Shown here: positions 47,837 to 57,446 of the stretch, piece after piece
How the letters are laid out: each line of letters begins with the position of its first letter
Position numbering within the stretch: position 1 is the stretch's first letter
Assembly: GCA_965237865.1 (NCBI GenBank)
Contig: OZ250164.1
Coordinates: 1,480,142-1,544,141, forward strand
Direction: 5' to 3'
Origin: Dehalococcoidia bacterium
Lineage (GTDB): Bacteria; Chloroflexota; Dehalococcoidia; UBA2979
DNA length: 64,000 bases
The notes under the pieces: model-generated
The model's input: the letters and a program-made list of their open reading frames with translations, nothing else
Database searches by the model: none
What the model was told of the DNA's origin: nothing
Position numbers and translations under genes: made by a program

Positions 47837-48448
47837 TCAGTCGCCGCCTTCCGTTGTCTGTGCGCGCCGCAGCGCGCCGATTGCGATCACCAGTCGTTGC
47901 AGCGCGGTCAGCACCGTCGCGATCGCGAGGATCCACAGCGTCACGCGCAGCCAGCCCGTCATCAAGCCCACCGCCAGCAGCACCACGCGCGCGGGGCGGG
48001 TCGCAAGCCCCGCGGTGATATCGGAGCCGAGTTCCCCCGCCCGCGTGCGCACGTAGGAGACGAGGAACGAGCCCGTGAGCGCGACGAAAACCAGCGCGGC
48101 CTCCTCGCTGTTCCCGCGGTCGAGCTGGTAGAGGAGCACGCCGAAGAGCACGACCGCCTCGGAACAGCGGTCGAGCGTGGAGTCGAGCAGCGCGCCGACC
48201 GGACCGGCGCGGCCCGTGGCTCGCGCCAGCGCGCCGTCGAACAGGTCGAGGGCGCCCGCGATCAGCACCACGACGCCGCCGATCAGCAGTTCGCCGCTCG
48301 CGATCAGCGCGGCGCCGACCACGGCGCCGAGGAAGCCTGCGACGGTGATCACGTTCGGCGTGACGTGCAGCACGATCAGCATCCGCACGATCGGATCGAG
48401 GATCAGCGCCGGGACGCGCAAGGGCAGCAGGCGCGGGAGCATCGTCAT
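47837..48448 (-). CDS. CDP-alcohol phosphatidyltransferase; candidate phosphatidylinositol-phosphate synthase
   Basis: 'DLFDGALARATGR..G..LDSTLDR' is the CDP-OH phosphatidyltransferase motif. Multi-TM. Clustered with ino1 and a PimA-like GT. Confidence 0.75.
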   Translation of the reverse strand: MTMLPRLLPLRVPALILDPIVRMLIVLHVTPNVITVAGFLGAVVGAALIASGELLIGGVVVLIAGALDLFDGALARATGRAGPVGALLDSTLDRCSEAVVLFGVLLYQLDRGNSEEAALVFVALTGSFLVSYVRTRAGELGSDITAGLATRPARVVLLAVGLMTGWLRVTLWILAIATVLTALQRLVIAIGALRRAQTTEGGD

Positions 48449-48493
48449 CGCCGCGTGCTCCTTGCCGCGCTCACCGCTACCGCGGATCCGCGC

Positions 48494-49669
48494 CTAGTCG
48501 AGACGCCGCGCGGCAGCCTGCACGGCGCGGCTGTGTGTAGCGCGATCGTAGCGCAGTCGCTCGTAGTAGGAGAGCACCCGCCTCGTCACGCGCGGCCAGG
48601 AGTAGACCTCGACGCGCTGACGGCCCGCCTTCGCCAGCTCCTCGCGCAGCCCGCGGCTGCGCACCAGCCGTGTCAGCGCGTCCGCGAGCGCCATCGGATC
48701 GCGTGGCCGCACGAGCAGCCCCTCGACCTCGTCCGTAACCACGGAGGCGTAGCCGTCGATGTTCGAGGCGACAATCGGCACGCCCGAGGAGAGCGCCTCA
48801 AGCAGCACGTAGCCCTGCGACTCGTGGCCTGTCGCCGGCGAGCAGAAGATGTCGGCGCTGCGGTAGTAGCGGGGCAAATCCTCGTCGGACACGTCGTCGA
48901 CGAAGCGGATGCCGCGGCGGCCCTCGTGCTCCATCGAGGCGCGGTAGCGGCGCTTGCCGCGCGAGTCCGGCCCGACGACCACGAGGCGCGTCCCCGGGTC
49001 GCGCGCGTTGACGATGCCGAAGGCGCGCAGCAGGTGCGCGAGCCCCTTCCGCTTCTCGGCGCGGCCGACGTAGAGGATGTTGATCCGCCCGTCGTCGAGG
49101 CCCTGGATCGGCTCAAGCGTGGGATCGGCGAAGCGCTCGACCTCGATGCCGTTGGGGATGATGTTGTAGAAGCCGGGGAAGTAACGCCCCACATAGTGCC
49201 CGGCGGGTGGCGAGACGGTGATCTTGCCGTCGAGTTCCCGGAACCAGCGCTTGAGCAGCCCCCGCCCGTAGGAGTAGAGGCGGTTGCCGCCGTCCTTGGT
49301 CGCGTGGAAGGTGCCGACGTTGACGACGTCCGGGTTCGCCGCGCGCGAGTTGCGCAGCACCTGGATCGGCAGCGTCGGCATCAGCGGCTCGTGCACGTGC
49401 ACGACGTCCAGGGCCTCCTGCTCGAGCACGTGGCGCACCTGCCGCCCCAGCCGCGGCGAGAGCGCGATGCGCGCCATTGAGCCCGAGGCAGGCACGGGGG
49501 TCGGGCGGCCGAGCACGCGCACGCGCGGGTCGTCCACAGGGGCGCTGGCCGGGGCGAGGATGATCGCCTCGTGGCCGTAGTCCTCGAAGCGCGCCGAGAG
49601 CTGCTCGATGTGCTTGTTGACGCCTCCGGGCGTGAGCCAGTCGTAGGGGGAGACGAGCGCAATCTTCAT
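48494..49669 (-). CDS. GT4-family glycosyltransferase (PimA-like mannosyltransferase)
   Basis: 391 aa. GT-B fold with the C-terminal 'E..SQGYVLLEAL..G.P.VASN.' EX7E-type motif. Confidence 0.78.
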   Translation of the reverse strand: MKIALVSPYDWLTPGGVNKHIEQLSARFEDYGHEAIILAPASAPVDDPRVRVLGRPTPVPASGSMARIALSPRLGRQVRHVLEQEALDVVHVHEPLMPTLPIQVLRNSRAANPDVVNVGTFHATKDGGNRLYSYGRGLLKRWFRELDGKITVSPPAGHYVGRYFPGFYNIIPNGIEVERFADPTLEPIQGLDDGRINILYVGRAEKRKGLAHLLRAFGIVNARDPGTRLVVVGPDSRGKRRYRASMEHEGRRGIRFVDDVSDEDLPRYYRSADIFCSPATGHESQGYVLLEALSSGVPIVASNIDGYASVVTDEVEGLLVRPRDPMALADALTRLVRSRGLREELAKAGRQRVEVYSWPRVTRRVLSYYERLRYDRATHSRAVQAAARRLD

Positions 49670-50445
49670 CGTGTCGCCTCCCCACGCAGCCGCCGCCAGC
49701 GCTCCGCGGCGACCTTGCGCGGCGTCACCGCCAGCCCACGCACCTGCTGCGCCGCCAGCTGTCGCACGCCGAGCGCGCGCAGCCCCGGCACGCCATGCGT
49801 GACCCCGGAGCAGTGCCGTTCTTCGATCGCGCGTCGCAGCTCCGCGGCCGTCCTGCCCTCGAACTGCGTCGTCGCGCTGCCGACGTGTTCGAGGAAGTGT
49901 GCGTCGCTGCCGCCGGTCTCGGCGAGGCCGTAGCGCTCGGCGTTGAGCCGCCGCGCCTTCGCGCCCGTCACGCGCCCGGCGAGCGTCGGGTTCGCGACCT
50001 CGATGCCGTCCGGGTGCGCCGCCGGGTCGTCGATCGCCAGCACCCGTTCGAGCGCGCGCTGCCCGATCGAGCGCGTGAGCCAGGAGAACGGATGCGGGGC
50101 CACCGCCAGCCCGCCGGCGCGGTGCACGGCCGCCACGGACTCCTCGAGCGGGCGCAGCGTCGGCAGCGGCTCGTCGATCCAGAGCGCGAGCAGGTGGCCG
50201 GAGCGGGTGGTGAGCTCGATGCCGGGCACGAACTCGAAGCGGTAGCGCCCCTGCGCGTGCAGCTCTCGCGCGATCAGCGCGCCCTTCACGTCGTCGTGGT
50301 CGGTCACCGCGAGCACGTCGAGATCCGTGTGCTGCTCGACGTGGTCGAGCAGTGCGTGCGCATCCGCCATGCCATCGCCGTGTGCCGTGTGTATCTGGAG
50401 ATCGGCCTGGCCGAAGCGGATGACCGAGGAAGCGTCATCGGTCAT
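49666..50445 (-). CDS. PHP-domain (polymerase/histidinol-phosphatase family) metal-dependent phosphoesterase
   Basis: 'DLQIHTAHGDG' and 'VLAVTDHDD' are PHP motifs. Embedded in the PI-lipid cluster. Confidence 0.7.
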   Translation of the reverse strand: MTDDASSVIRFGQADLQIHTAHGDGMADAHALLDHVEQHTDLDVLAVTDHDDVKGALIARELHAQGRYRFEFVPGIELTTRSGHLLALWIDEPLPTLRPLEESVAAVHRAGGLAVAPHPFSWLTRSIGQRALERVLAIDDPAAHPDGIEVANPTLAGRVTGAKARRLNAERYGLAETGGSDAHFLEHVGSATTQFEGRTAAELRRAIEERHCSGVTHGVPGLRALGVRQLAAQQVRGLAVTPRKVAAERWRRLRGEATR

Positions 50446-50474
50446 GGCGGCATTCTACGCACATCGAGCGGCGG

Positions 50475-51368
50475 CTACGAGGCGGACCCGGCCGGCGGGG
50501 CCGTGTCATCCCAGACGGGGTGCAGCGCGAACCACTGGTCCGGGGACTCGCGAATGCCGCGCTCCAGCGCGCGCAGCAGCAGCTCCATGCCCGCGGCCGC
50601 GTCCGCCTCGCGGTCCCCGCTGCGGGGCAGCGCGAGCGGGGGATCGAGGCTGATGTGCACGCCGCCCCGCTCTGTGCGCCGCACGAAGCCGACGACGAGA
50701 TCGGCGTTGGCCCGCAGCGCCAGCTCGACGGGGCCTCGCGGCATGCGCGCCGGCTCGCCGAAGAACTGCTGCAGCTGTCCGCTGCCGAGCACGTCGCGAT
50801 CGCCGAGCACGGCCAGCATCCCCCCGCCGCGCAGTTGCTCGAGCGCCGCGCGCACGCCGCGGCGGTCCGCGGGCACGAAGTGCACGCCGGGCGCCGCCCG
50901 CACATCGTGCACGAGGCGATGCAGCGCGGGCGGCGAAAGCGGCTCCGTCAGCACGAGTACGTCGAGGCCCAGCGCGCCGACGGTGCGGATCATGTGCTCC
51001 GGGCTACCGAGATGCGCGGAGACGAAGACCACCCCGCAGCCGCGATCGTGCGCGTCGAAGAAGTGCTCGAAGCCATCGACGGCCTCGAGGCGGTCGATCG
51101 CCCGCTCCGGCGGGCGGTGGGCCGCCCAGGCGAGGTCGGCCCAGTAGCGGGCAGCGCTGCGCAGGCAGCCGCGGGCGGCGCGGGTGCGCTCGCGGGCCGT
51201 CGCCTCCGGCCCGCAGGCGCGCCGCATGTGCGCGCCGGTCACGGCCCGTAGCCGCGGCGAGGCGTACCACGCCAGCACCGCGCCGAGGTCGGCGATGAGG
51301 TAGAGCAGGCGCTGCGGGAGCCGCCCGCAGAGGCGCACCCAGCACCACAGCAGGATGAAGCCAGGCAC
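50475..51368 (-). CDS. Lysophospholipid/lipid-A-type acyltransferase (HtrB/LpxL/PatA family)
   Basis: 297 aa. N-terminal membrane anchor. LPLAT fold 'VVFVSAHLGSPE' carries the H-box equivalent. Confidence 0.65.
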   Translation of the reverse strand: MPGFILLWCWVRLCGRLPQRLLYLIADLGAVLAWYASPRLRAVTGAHMRRACGPEATARERTRAARGCLRSAARYWADLAWAAHRPPERAIDRLEAVDGFEHFFDAHDRGCGVVFVSAHLGSPEHMIRTVGALGLDVLVLTEPLSPPALHRLVHDVRAAPGVHFVPADRRGVRAALEQLRGGGMLAVLGDRDVLGSGQLQQFFGEPARMPRGPVELALRANADLVVGFVRRTERGGVHISLDPPLALPRSGDREADAAAGMELLLRALERGIRESPDQWFALHPVWDDTAPPAGSAS

Positions 51369-51371
51369 GGG

Positions 51372-52250
51372 CTAGCTCGCCGCCTCGGCCACCGCGTCCT
51401 CGAGCCAGAGCGGGCGGAAGATGTACCACTGCTCCGGCCGGGCGCGCACCATCTCCTCGAAGGCGTCGAACATCGCCTGCGTCAACGCGCGCACGTCGTG
51501 CTCGCGGTCACCCGTGGGCGCGCACTCGATGCGCCGGAACTCGCCCTCGAACTGGTCGCTCCAGGGGCCCAGTCGCGGCACGGTCGCGGCGACCACGTTG
51601 GCTCCCGTGCGCAGCGCCAGCCGTGCGGCACCGTCCGGGACCGAGATCGTCGCACCGAAGAACTCGACCCCGACTCCGCCTCGGGGCTGCGGCACGTCGG
51701 CGAGCACGGCGACGATCTCGTTGTCGCGCAGGGCGCGCACCAGCCGCATGGTGAGGCGCCCGGCGGGCAGGATGCGCAGTCCGATGCGCCGCCGCGAGGA
51801 GAAGACGAGCTCGTCCAGCCGCGGGTCGGCGAACGTATCGGCGATGACGGAGATCGGGTAGCCGTGCTCCGTCATCGCGGCCGCGCCGAGATCCCAGTTG
51901 CCGAAGTGGATGGTCACGAGGAGCACGCCGTTGCCGGCGCGCGCCTCGTCGAGTTGCGCCCACTCGTCGAAGATGATGCGCCGCCGCACTTCCGGGCCGG
52001 AGACGGCGGTGAGGCGCAGGAAGTCGACGATGTAGAGGCCGTAGAAGGCGAAGGAGCGGCGGGCCAGCCGCCGCGCACGCGCCTCGTCGCCCGCGGTGAC
52101 GCGGCGCATGTTGGCGATGCAGCGCCGGCGACCGCCGCGCCAGAGGTAGAAGACGCAGATCCCGCCCAGCCGTGCGACCGCGTACGAGGCCCGCAGCGGG
52201 ATCGCACGCACGAGCAGGGCCGCGATCCGGAACCCCCAGTAGATGGCCAT
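51372..52250 (-). CDS. Second HtrB/PatA-family acyltransferase
   Basis: 292 aa. A paralog of the preceding gene, with 'LLVTIHFGNWD' as H-box. Confidence 0.65.
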   Translation of the reverse strand: MAIYWGFRIAALLVRAIPLRASYAVARLGGICVFYLWRGGRRRCIANMRRVTAGDEARARRLARRSFAFYGLYIVDFLRLTAVSGPEVRRRIIFDEWAQLDEARAGNGVLLVTIHFGNWDLGAAAMTEHGYPISVIADTFADPRLDELVFSSRRRIGLRILPAGRLTMRLVRALRDNEIVAVLADVPQPRGGVGVEFFGATISVPDGAARLALRTGANVVAATVPRLGPWSDQFEGEFRRIECAPTGDREHDVRALTQAMFDAFEEMVRARPEQWYIFRPLWLEDAVAEAAS

Positions 52251-52311
52251 CGGCGCGCAGTCTACGCCGCAGACCGCGCGACGGCGCGCCTGCGCGTCCC
52301 GCGGCTCCGCG

Positions 52312-53406
52312 CTATCCGGCGGTGGCCGTCTCCGCCTCCTCGGCGATGAACTCCTCGAGGCGCTCGCGCGCGACGTGGTCCACCCACTGCTCCGGCGGCG
52401 ACTTCATGAAGTAGGCCGAGGGGGCGAGCAGCGGGCCGCCGATGCCGCGGTCGAGCGCGATCTTCGCGCAGCGGATGGCGTCGATCACGACGCCCGCGGA
52501 GTTGGGGCTGTCCCAGACCTCCAGCTTGCACTCCAGGTTGAGCGGCACGTTACCGAACGTGGTGCCCTCCATGCGGATGTGGCACCACTTGCGGTCCTCC
52601 AGCCAGGGCACGTGATCCGAGGGCCCCACGTGGATGTCCGTGCCCGGCAGCTCGTAGTCGATCTGCGAGGTCACGGCGTTGGTCTTCGAGATCTTCTTGG
52701 ACTCGAGCCGCTCGCGCTCGAGCATGTTGAGGAAGTCCGTGTTGCCGCCGAAGTTGAGCTGGTAGGTGCGGTCCACGCGCACCCCGCGGTCCAGGAAGAG
52801 CCTCGCCAGCAGGCGGTGCAGGATCGTCGCGCCGACCTGCGACTTGATGTCGTCGCCGATCACGGGCAGGCCCGCGTCGATGAAGCGCTGCTGGAAGTGG
52901 CCTTCCTTGGCGATGAAGACGGGGATGCAGTTGATGAAGGCGCAGCCCGCCGCCAGCACCTGCTCCACGTACCACTTCGTCGCCTCCTCGGAGCCGACGG
53001 GCAGGTAGTTGACGACGACGTCGGTGTTGGTCGCGCGCAGGATGCCGGCGATGTCGGCGGTTGTGCCCGGCGCCTTCGTGATCACCTCGGAGAGGTACTT
53101 GCCGAGGCCGTCGTGCGTCATGCCGCGGTCCACGGTGACGCCCGTGGCCGGCACGTCGGCGAAGCGGAAAGTGTTGTTTGGCGGCGCGTAGATCGCCTCG
53201 GAGATGTCGCTGCCCACCTTGTTCGCGTCGATGTCGAAGGCGGCGCTGAAGCGGATGTCGCGGATGTGGTAGTCGCCGAGCTGCGGGTGCATCAGCCCCG
53301 GGATCGTCTCGTCCGCGCTCGCGTCGCGGTAGAACTCGACGCCCTGGACGAGTGAGGAGGCGCAGTTCCCCACGCCGATGATCGCTACGTTGATCGGATC
53401 GCCCAT
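52312..53406 (-). CDS. ino1: myo-Inositol-1-phosphate synthase
   Basis: 364 aa. '[18 protein letters not shown]' is the NAD-binding motif. Bacterial/archaeal short MIPS type. Confidence 0.85.
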   Translation of the reverse strand: MGDPINVAIIGVGNCASSLVQGVEFYRDASADETIPGLMHPQLGDYHIRDIRFSAAFDIDANKVGSDISEAIYAPPNNTFRFADVPATGVTVDRGMTHDGLGKYLSEVITKAPGTTADIAGILRATNTDVVVNYLPVGSEEATKWYVEQVLAAGCAFINCIPVFIAKEGHFQQRFIDAGLPVIGDDIKSQVGATILHRLLARLFLDRGVRVDRTYQLNFGGNTDFLNMLERERLESKKISKTNAVTSQIDYELPGTDIHVGPSDHVPWLEDRKWCHIRMEGTTFGNVPLNLECKLEVWDSPNSAGVVIDAIRCAKIALDRGIGGPLLAPSAYFMKSPPEQWVDHVARERLEEFIAEEAETATAG

Positions 53407-53622
53407 CGAGCAACCTCCGTTCGCGCCACTCCGCGCGGGAGCGCGGCGCGGTCTTCCGAACTACGATAGGCGCGCCGTTTACATTACTCCAATACGAATC
53501 GATGATGAGACACAGAAGCCGTGCTTATCTATGCTGCCCCCATGACACTTCCCCCCGAGGTCGCCGGCGACGACGCACCAGAACCCATCGGGGCCATCGA
53601 GGCGGCGCCGCTCAACGTGCAC

Positions 53623-54474
53623 ATGCAGCAGCTCGCGTATCTCCGGGCCGTGGAGCGGCATGGCTCACTGACGGAGGCGGCGCGCCGCCTCGGCGTCACC
53701 CAGCCCGCGCTCTCGCAGGCGATCGCGCAGCTTGAGCGGCGGCTCGGCGCGCCGCTGCTGGAGCGCGACGGGCGGCGGCGGCGGCTGACCGAGGCGGGCC
53801 TCGAGGTCGCCCGCTTCGCCTCGGAGGTGCTGGGCCGCGCCGCGGAGCTGCGGGAGTGGCTGGACGAGCTGGAGGCGGGCGCCGCCGGCGTGTTGCGCGT
53901 CGGGATGATCGACGCGGCGAGCCTCTACGTGCTCCCGGAGACCGTGCGCGCCTTCCGCGACGCCAGCCCCGGCGTGCAGATGCGGCTGATCGTCGACCGC
54001 AGCGCGGTCCTGCTCGATCGGCTGGCGCGCTTCGAGCTGGACGTCGCCTTCGTCGTCGGGCCGCCGCCCGAGGGCTACCGCTCGAGCGAGGTGCTGCGCG
54101 AGCCGCTCTACATCTACGCGCCGGCGGGCTCCGAGGAAGCCCCGGAGCTGGGCGAGTGGGCGCTCTACCCGCAGGGACGCCGCACGCGCCTGCTGATTGA
54201 CGAAGGCCTGGCGCTGCGCGGGCTGAGGCCGCGCGTGACGTTGGAGAGCGAGAACCCGGCCGTGCTGCGCCAGATGGTCGCGCTCGGCCTCTGCTGGAGC
54301 GTGCTGCCCGCCGAGATCGCCGAGGCGGGGACGCCCTCGCTGCGGCCGCAGCGGCGCGAGCTCGTCGCCGAGCGCACGCTGCTCGCGGTCCGCCGCGCCC
54401 ACGCGCCGGACGACGCCCGCGTCGCCCGCTTCCTGCGCCTCGTCACCGAGCGTGCAGCCGCTCCGACGGGGTAG
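53623..54474 (+). CDS. LysR-family transcriptional regulator
   Basis: HTH 'MQQLAYLRAVERHGSLTEAARRLGVTQPALSQ', then an LTTR substrate-binding domain. Divergent from ino1. Confidence 0.85.
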   Translation: MQQLAYLRAVERHGSLTEAARRLGVTQPALSQAIAQLERRLGAPLLERDGRRRRLTEAGLEVARFASEVLGRAAELREWLDELEAGAAGVLRVGMIDAASLYVLPETVRAFRDASPGVQMRLIVDRSAVLLDRLARFELDVAFVVGPPPEGYRSSEVLREPLYIYAPAGSEEAPELGEWALYPQGRRTRLLIDEGLALRGLRPRVTLESENPAVLRQMVALGLCWSVLPAEIAEAGTPSLRPQRRELVAERTLLAVRRAHAPDDARVARFLRLVTERAAAPTG

Positions 54475-54491
54475 GCCCGCGAGCGCCCCCG

Positions 54492-56090
54492 TCAGTCGAG
54501 GCGCAGCGCCACGATCGCCGGCTCCTCGCTGAGGCCGACGGGTACGACGATCGTCTCCCCGGCGACCGCCGGGGAGCCGTTGATCCCGCCCTCCAGCTGC
54601 AGCGACCAGAGCTCCCGCCCTGTCGCGCGATCGAGCGCGATCACCCGGCCGTAGATCATCGAGACGAACAGCAGGTCGTTGACGACGGTCACGCCCCCGA
54701 ACGAGTCTCCGCGAACCTCGACGTCCCACAGCACCTCGCCACTCGCCGCGTCGAGGGCGACGACCTGCGAGGGCAGCTCGCCCAGCGCGGTCGTGTAGCC
54801 GAAGGATGTCTCCTCGGGCGACTCGTAGTAGGTCGCGGCGTTGACCACCACGGCGTAGACGATGCCCTCCGCCGTCGCGATCGGCGTGATCACGCCGCCC
54901 ACCGCGCCGGGCAGCACCCACAGCTCGCCCTCGAACTCAGTCAGTTCGTCGTTCTTGTGGATGCCGACCGGGGTGCTCCAGAGCCGCGTGCCGTCGGACG
55001 GATCGAATGCGGCGACGAGCCCGTGCTTGCCGGTGTTGATCACCACGGGCCGCGGGCCGCCCGGCCCCTCGATCGTCGCGATCGCCGTCACGATGCTGTC
55101 GCGGTCGAACAGGTCGTGCGGTATCTGCTGGTAGCCCCAGCGCAGCGCGCCGCTCTCCAGGTCCAGCGCGAGCACGGAGTCCGTCCAGCGGTTGTCGCCC
55201 GGGCGGCTGCTGGCGTTGGGGAAGCCCTTCGCGCCGGGGAAGGGGTACGGGCTGGACGTGCCCCAGAACGTAAGCCCCGCATCCACATCGACCGCCGGCG
55301 GATACCAGGCGCCGCCGCCGCTGTTCAGCTCCGGGTGCCCCCACAGGTCCGGCGACTCGATCGTGTCGAACGACCAGGCGACCTCGCCGGTCGTGGGATC
55401 GAGGGCGTAGAGGAAGCCGCGGCTGCCGGGGATCGAGAGTGACGATGTCGCCGCCAGCACCAACTCGCCTGCGACGAGCGGCTGGATGTTGACGGCGCCG
55501 CGGCCTTCCTCGGTGAGCTTCGTCTCCCAGAGGCGCTCGCCGCAGGCGGCGTCGTAGGCCGTGATCGAGACGCCGCCGGTGGACGCGAAGACTCGCCCCC
55601 AGCCGACGGCCACGCCGTTCGGCCCGAATACCGGCTCGTCGTTGACGACGTGCCAGCGCCGCTCCCCCGTCTCCAGGTCGATCGCGTGGACATCGCTGTC
55701 GAGGTCGGAGACGTAGACGCTCCCGCCGATGACCAGCGGGTTGGTCGCGGCCGATCCGTTGGGGCTGCCGCTCTGGTCCAGCCGGTACTCCCAGGCGACG
55801 CCGAGCCGCTGGACGGTCGCCGAGTTGATCCTGCTGTCGAACGTCGCCCGCGTGCCCGCGAGATCGCGGTTCGCGTGCGGCCAGGCCCGCGCCGCCGAGG
55901 CGAGTTCGGGCGCGGGGCCGGCAACCGCCGCCGGCTCGCAATCCTCGCCGCCCTCGCCGTCCTCGCCATCCCCGGAGCAGGCGGCCAGCAGCAGCGCCGT
56001 CGCCGCGAACAGCAGGAGCGCGCGCACGAGCCGAGGTGCGGGAGTCCTGTGCGGCCGTCGACGGTTGGAGGGCTCAGTCTGCGAAGACAC
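54492..56090 (-). CDS. PQQ-like beta-propeller repeat lipoprotein (BamB-like fold)
   Basis: Lipobox 'LLLAACSG'. Repeated 'G..Y(A/V)(L/V)D..TG...W' blades. Confidence 0.7.
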   Translation of the reverse strand: MSSQTEPSNRRRPHRTPAPRLVRALLLFAATALLLAACSGDGEDGEGGEDCEPAAVAGPAPELASAARAWPHANRDLAGTRATFDSRINSATVQRLGVAWEYRLDQSGSPNGSAATNPLVIGGSVYVSDLDSDVHAIDLETGERRWHVVNDEPVFGPNGVAVGWGRVFASTGGVSITAYDAACGERLWETKLTEEGRGAVNIQPLVAGELVLAATSSLSIPGSRGFLYALDPTTGEVAWSFDTIESPDLWGHPELNSGGGAWYPPAVDVDAGLTFWGTSSPYPFPGAKGFPNASSRPGDNRWTDSVLALDLESGALRWGYQQIPHDLFDRDSIVTAIATIEGPGGPRPVVINTGKHGLVAAFDPSDGTRLWSTPVGIHKNDELTEFEGELWVLPGAVGGVITPIATAEGIVYAVVVNAATYYESPEETSFGYTTALGELPSQVVALDAASGEVLWDVEVRGDSFGGVTVVNDLLFVSMIYGRVIALDRATGRELWSLQLEGGINGSPAVAGETIVVPVGLSEEPAIVALRLD

Positions 56091-57009
56091 GGTAGGGGTG
56101 CCAGACGCCGGGGATCGGCCCGCACTCCAGCAGCGCCACGAGCCTGCCGTGCGCGCCGTAGCCGCGCGCCTTCACGCCGACGCGCGCCGGGGGCTGCCCG
56201 TCGATGGGCCGCGGACGTACGTCGCGGCCCTGCCGCACCAGCGCGATCGAGCGCTTGCCGAGGATTACCGCCGGCCAGTCGCGCAGCACCGCGTCAGGGG
56301 CGTGCACCAGCTCCTCGCCCAGTCCCGCCTCGAGCTGCAGCACCGCGTCGTCGAGGGTCACCGCGTCATCGAGGCGGAACGGACCGACCGCGGTGCGGCT
56401 GAGGCTGCCGAGGCGCCCGCCCACGCCGAGCGCCTCGCCGAGCTCGTGCGCCAGCGAGCGCATGTAGAAGCCCTTGCTGCACTCGACCTCGATCTCCAGC
56501 TCGGGCGGCTCGCACGCGGTCAGCGTCAACTGGTAGACCGTCACCGGCCGCGGCTCGAGCTTGGGCTGCTCGCCGCGCCGGGCCGCGCGCCAGGCGCGCT
56601 CGCCGTCGAGCTTCACGGCGCTGAAGGCCGGCGGCGTCTGCATCAGCTTGCCGCGGAAGGCCTCCAGAGCGTCTTCGACATCGGCGCACGTCACGCCGGA
56701 GGCGTCGCAGCTTGCCTGCACCTCGCCCGCGGCGTCGTAGGTGTCCGTCGTGACGCCGAGCGTGACGGTCGCGCGGTAGCGCTTGCGCGCGTCCACCAGC
56801 GAGTCGATCAGCCGCGTCGAGGGCCCGAGGGCGACCGGCAGCACGCCGGTCGCCGGGCGGTCGAGCGTGCCCGCGTGGCCGACGCGGCGGATGCGCGCGG
56901 CGCGCCGCAGCACCCGCACCACGTCGAACGAGGTCATCTCCGGCGGCTTGTCGATGTTGAGGAAGCCGCTCAGCGCCGGGGCGTCCGGCCGCGCGGCGGG
57001 GGCGCTCAC
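56074..57009 (-). CDS. truB: tRNA pseudouridine(55) synthase
   Basis: 'GHAGTLD' carries the catalytic Asp. A PUA domain follows. Confidence 0.9.
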   Translation of the reverse strand: MSAPAARPDAPALSGFLNIDKPPEMTSFDVVRVLRRAARIRRVGHAGTLDRPATGVLPVALGPSTRLIDSLVDARKRYRATVTLGVTTDTYDAAGEVQASCDASGVTCADVEDALEAFRGKLMQTPPAFSAVKLDGERAWRAARRGEQPKLEPRPVTVYQLTLTACEPPELEIEVECSKGFYMRSLAHELGEALGVGGRLGSLSRTAVGPFRLDDAVTLDDAVLQLEAGLGEELVHAPDAVLRDWPAVILGKRSIALVRQGRDVRPRPIDGQPPARVGVKARGYGAHGRLVALLECGPIPGVWHPYRVFAD

Positions 57010-57368
57010 AACTCGCGTCCCTCGGAGCGCGCGAGATCGCGCATCAGCGCGGTCATGCGGTCCGCCTCGGCGATCGATCCGTCGAGCACGAAGCGCAGCC
57101 GGGGCACGCGCTTGATGCGGAGCCGCTTCATCAGCTCGCGGTGCAGGAACGAGGCGCTGCGCTCGAGCGCGGCGAGCACCTCGGCGCCGTCGTCCTCGGC
57201 GTCCATGACGCTCACGTGGACACGCGCCGTCGAGAGGTCGGGCGCGACATCGACGCGCAGGATCGAGAGGAAGGCGTCCGCCAGCACGGGGTGCTTGACG
57301 CGGCGCTGCAGCAGCTCGGCCAGCTCCGACTGCAGGAGGTCGTTGACCTTCTCCATGCGACGGCTCAT
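57006..57368 (-). CDS. rbfA: Ribosome-binding factor A
   Basis: 120 aa, KH-like. Positioned between infB and truB. Confidence 0.85.
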   Translation of the reverse strand: MSRRMEKVNDLLQSELAELLQRRVKHPVLADAFLSILRVDVAPDLSTARVHVSVMDAEDDGAEVLAALERSASFLHRELMKRLRIKRVPRLRFVLDGSIAEADRMTALMRDLARSEGREL

Positions 57369-57446
57369 CGCGTTGCGGCTTTCACAGACGAATCCGATCG
57401 CGGGGAGTGGTGGGGCACGCGCCCCGGCGCTGTCGTGCGAGCGACG

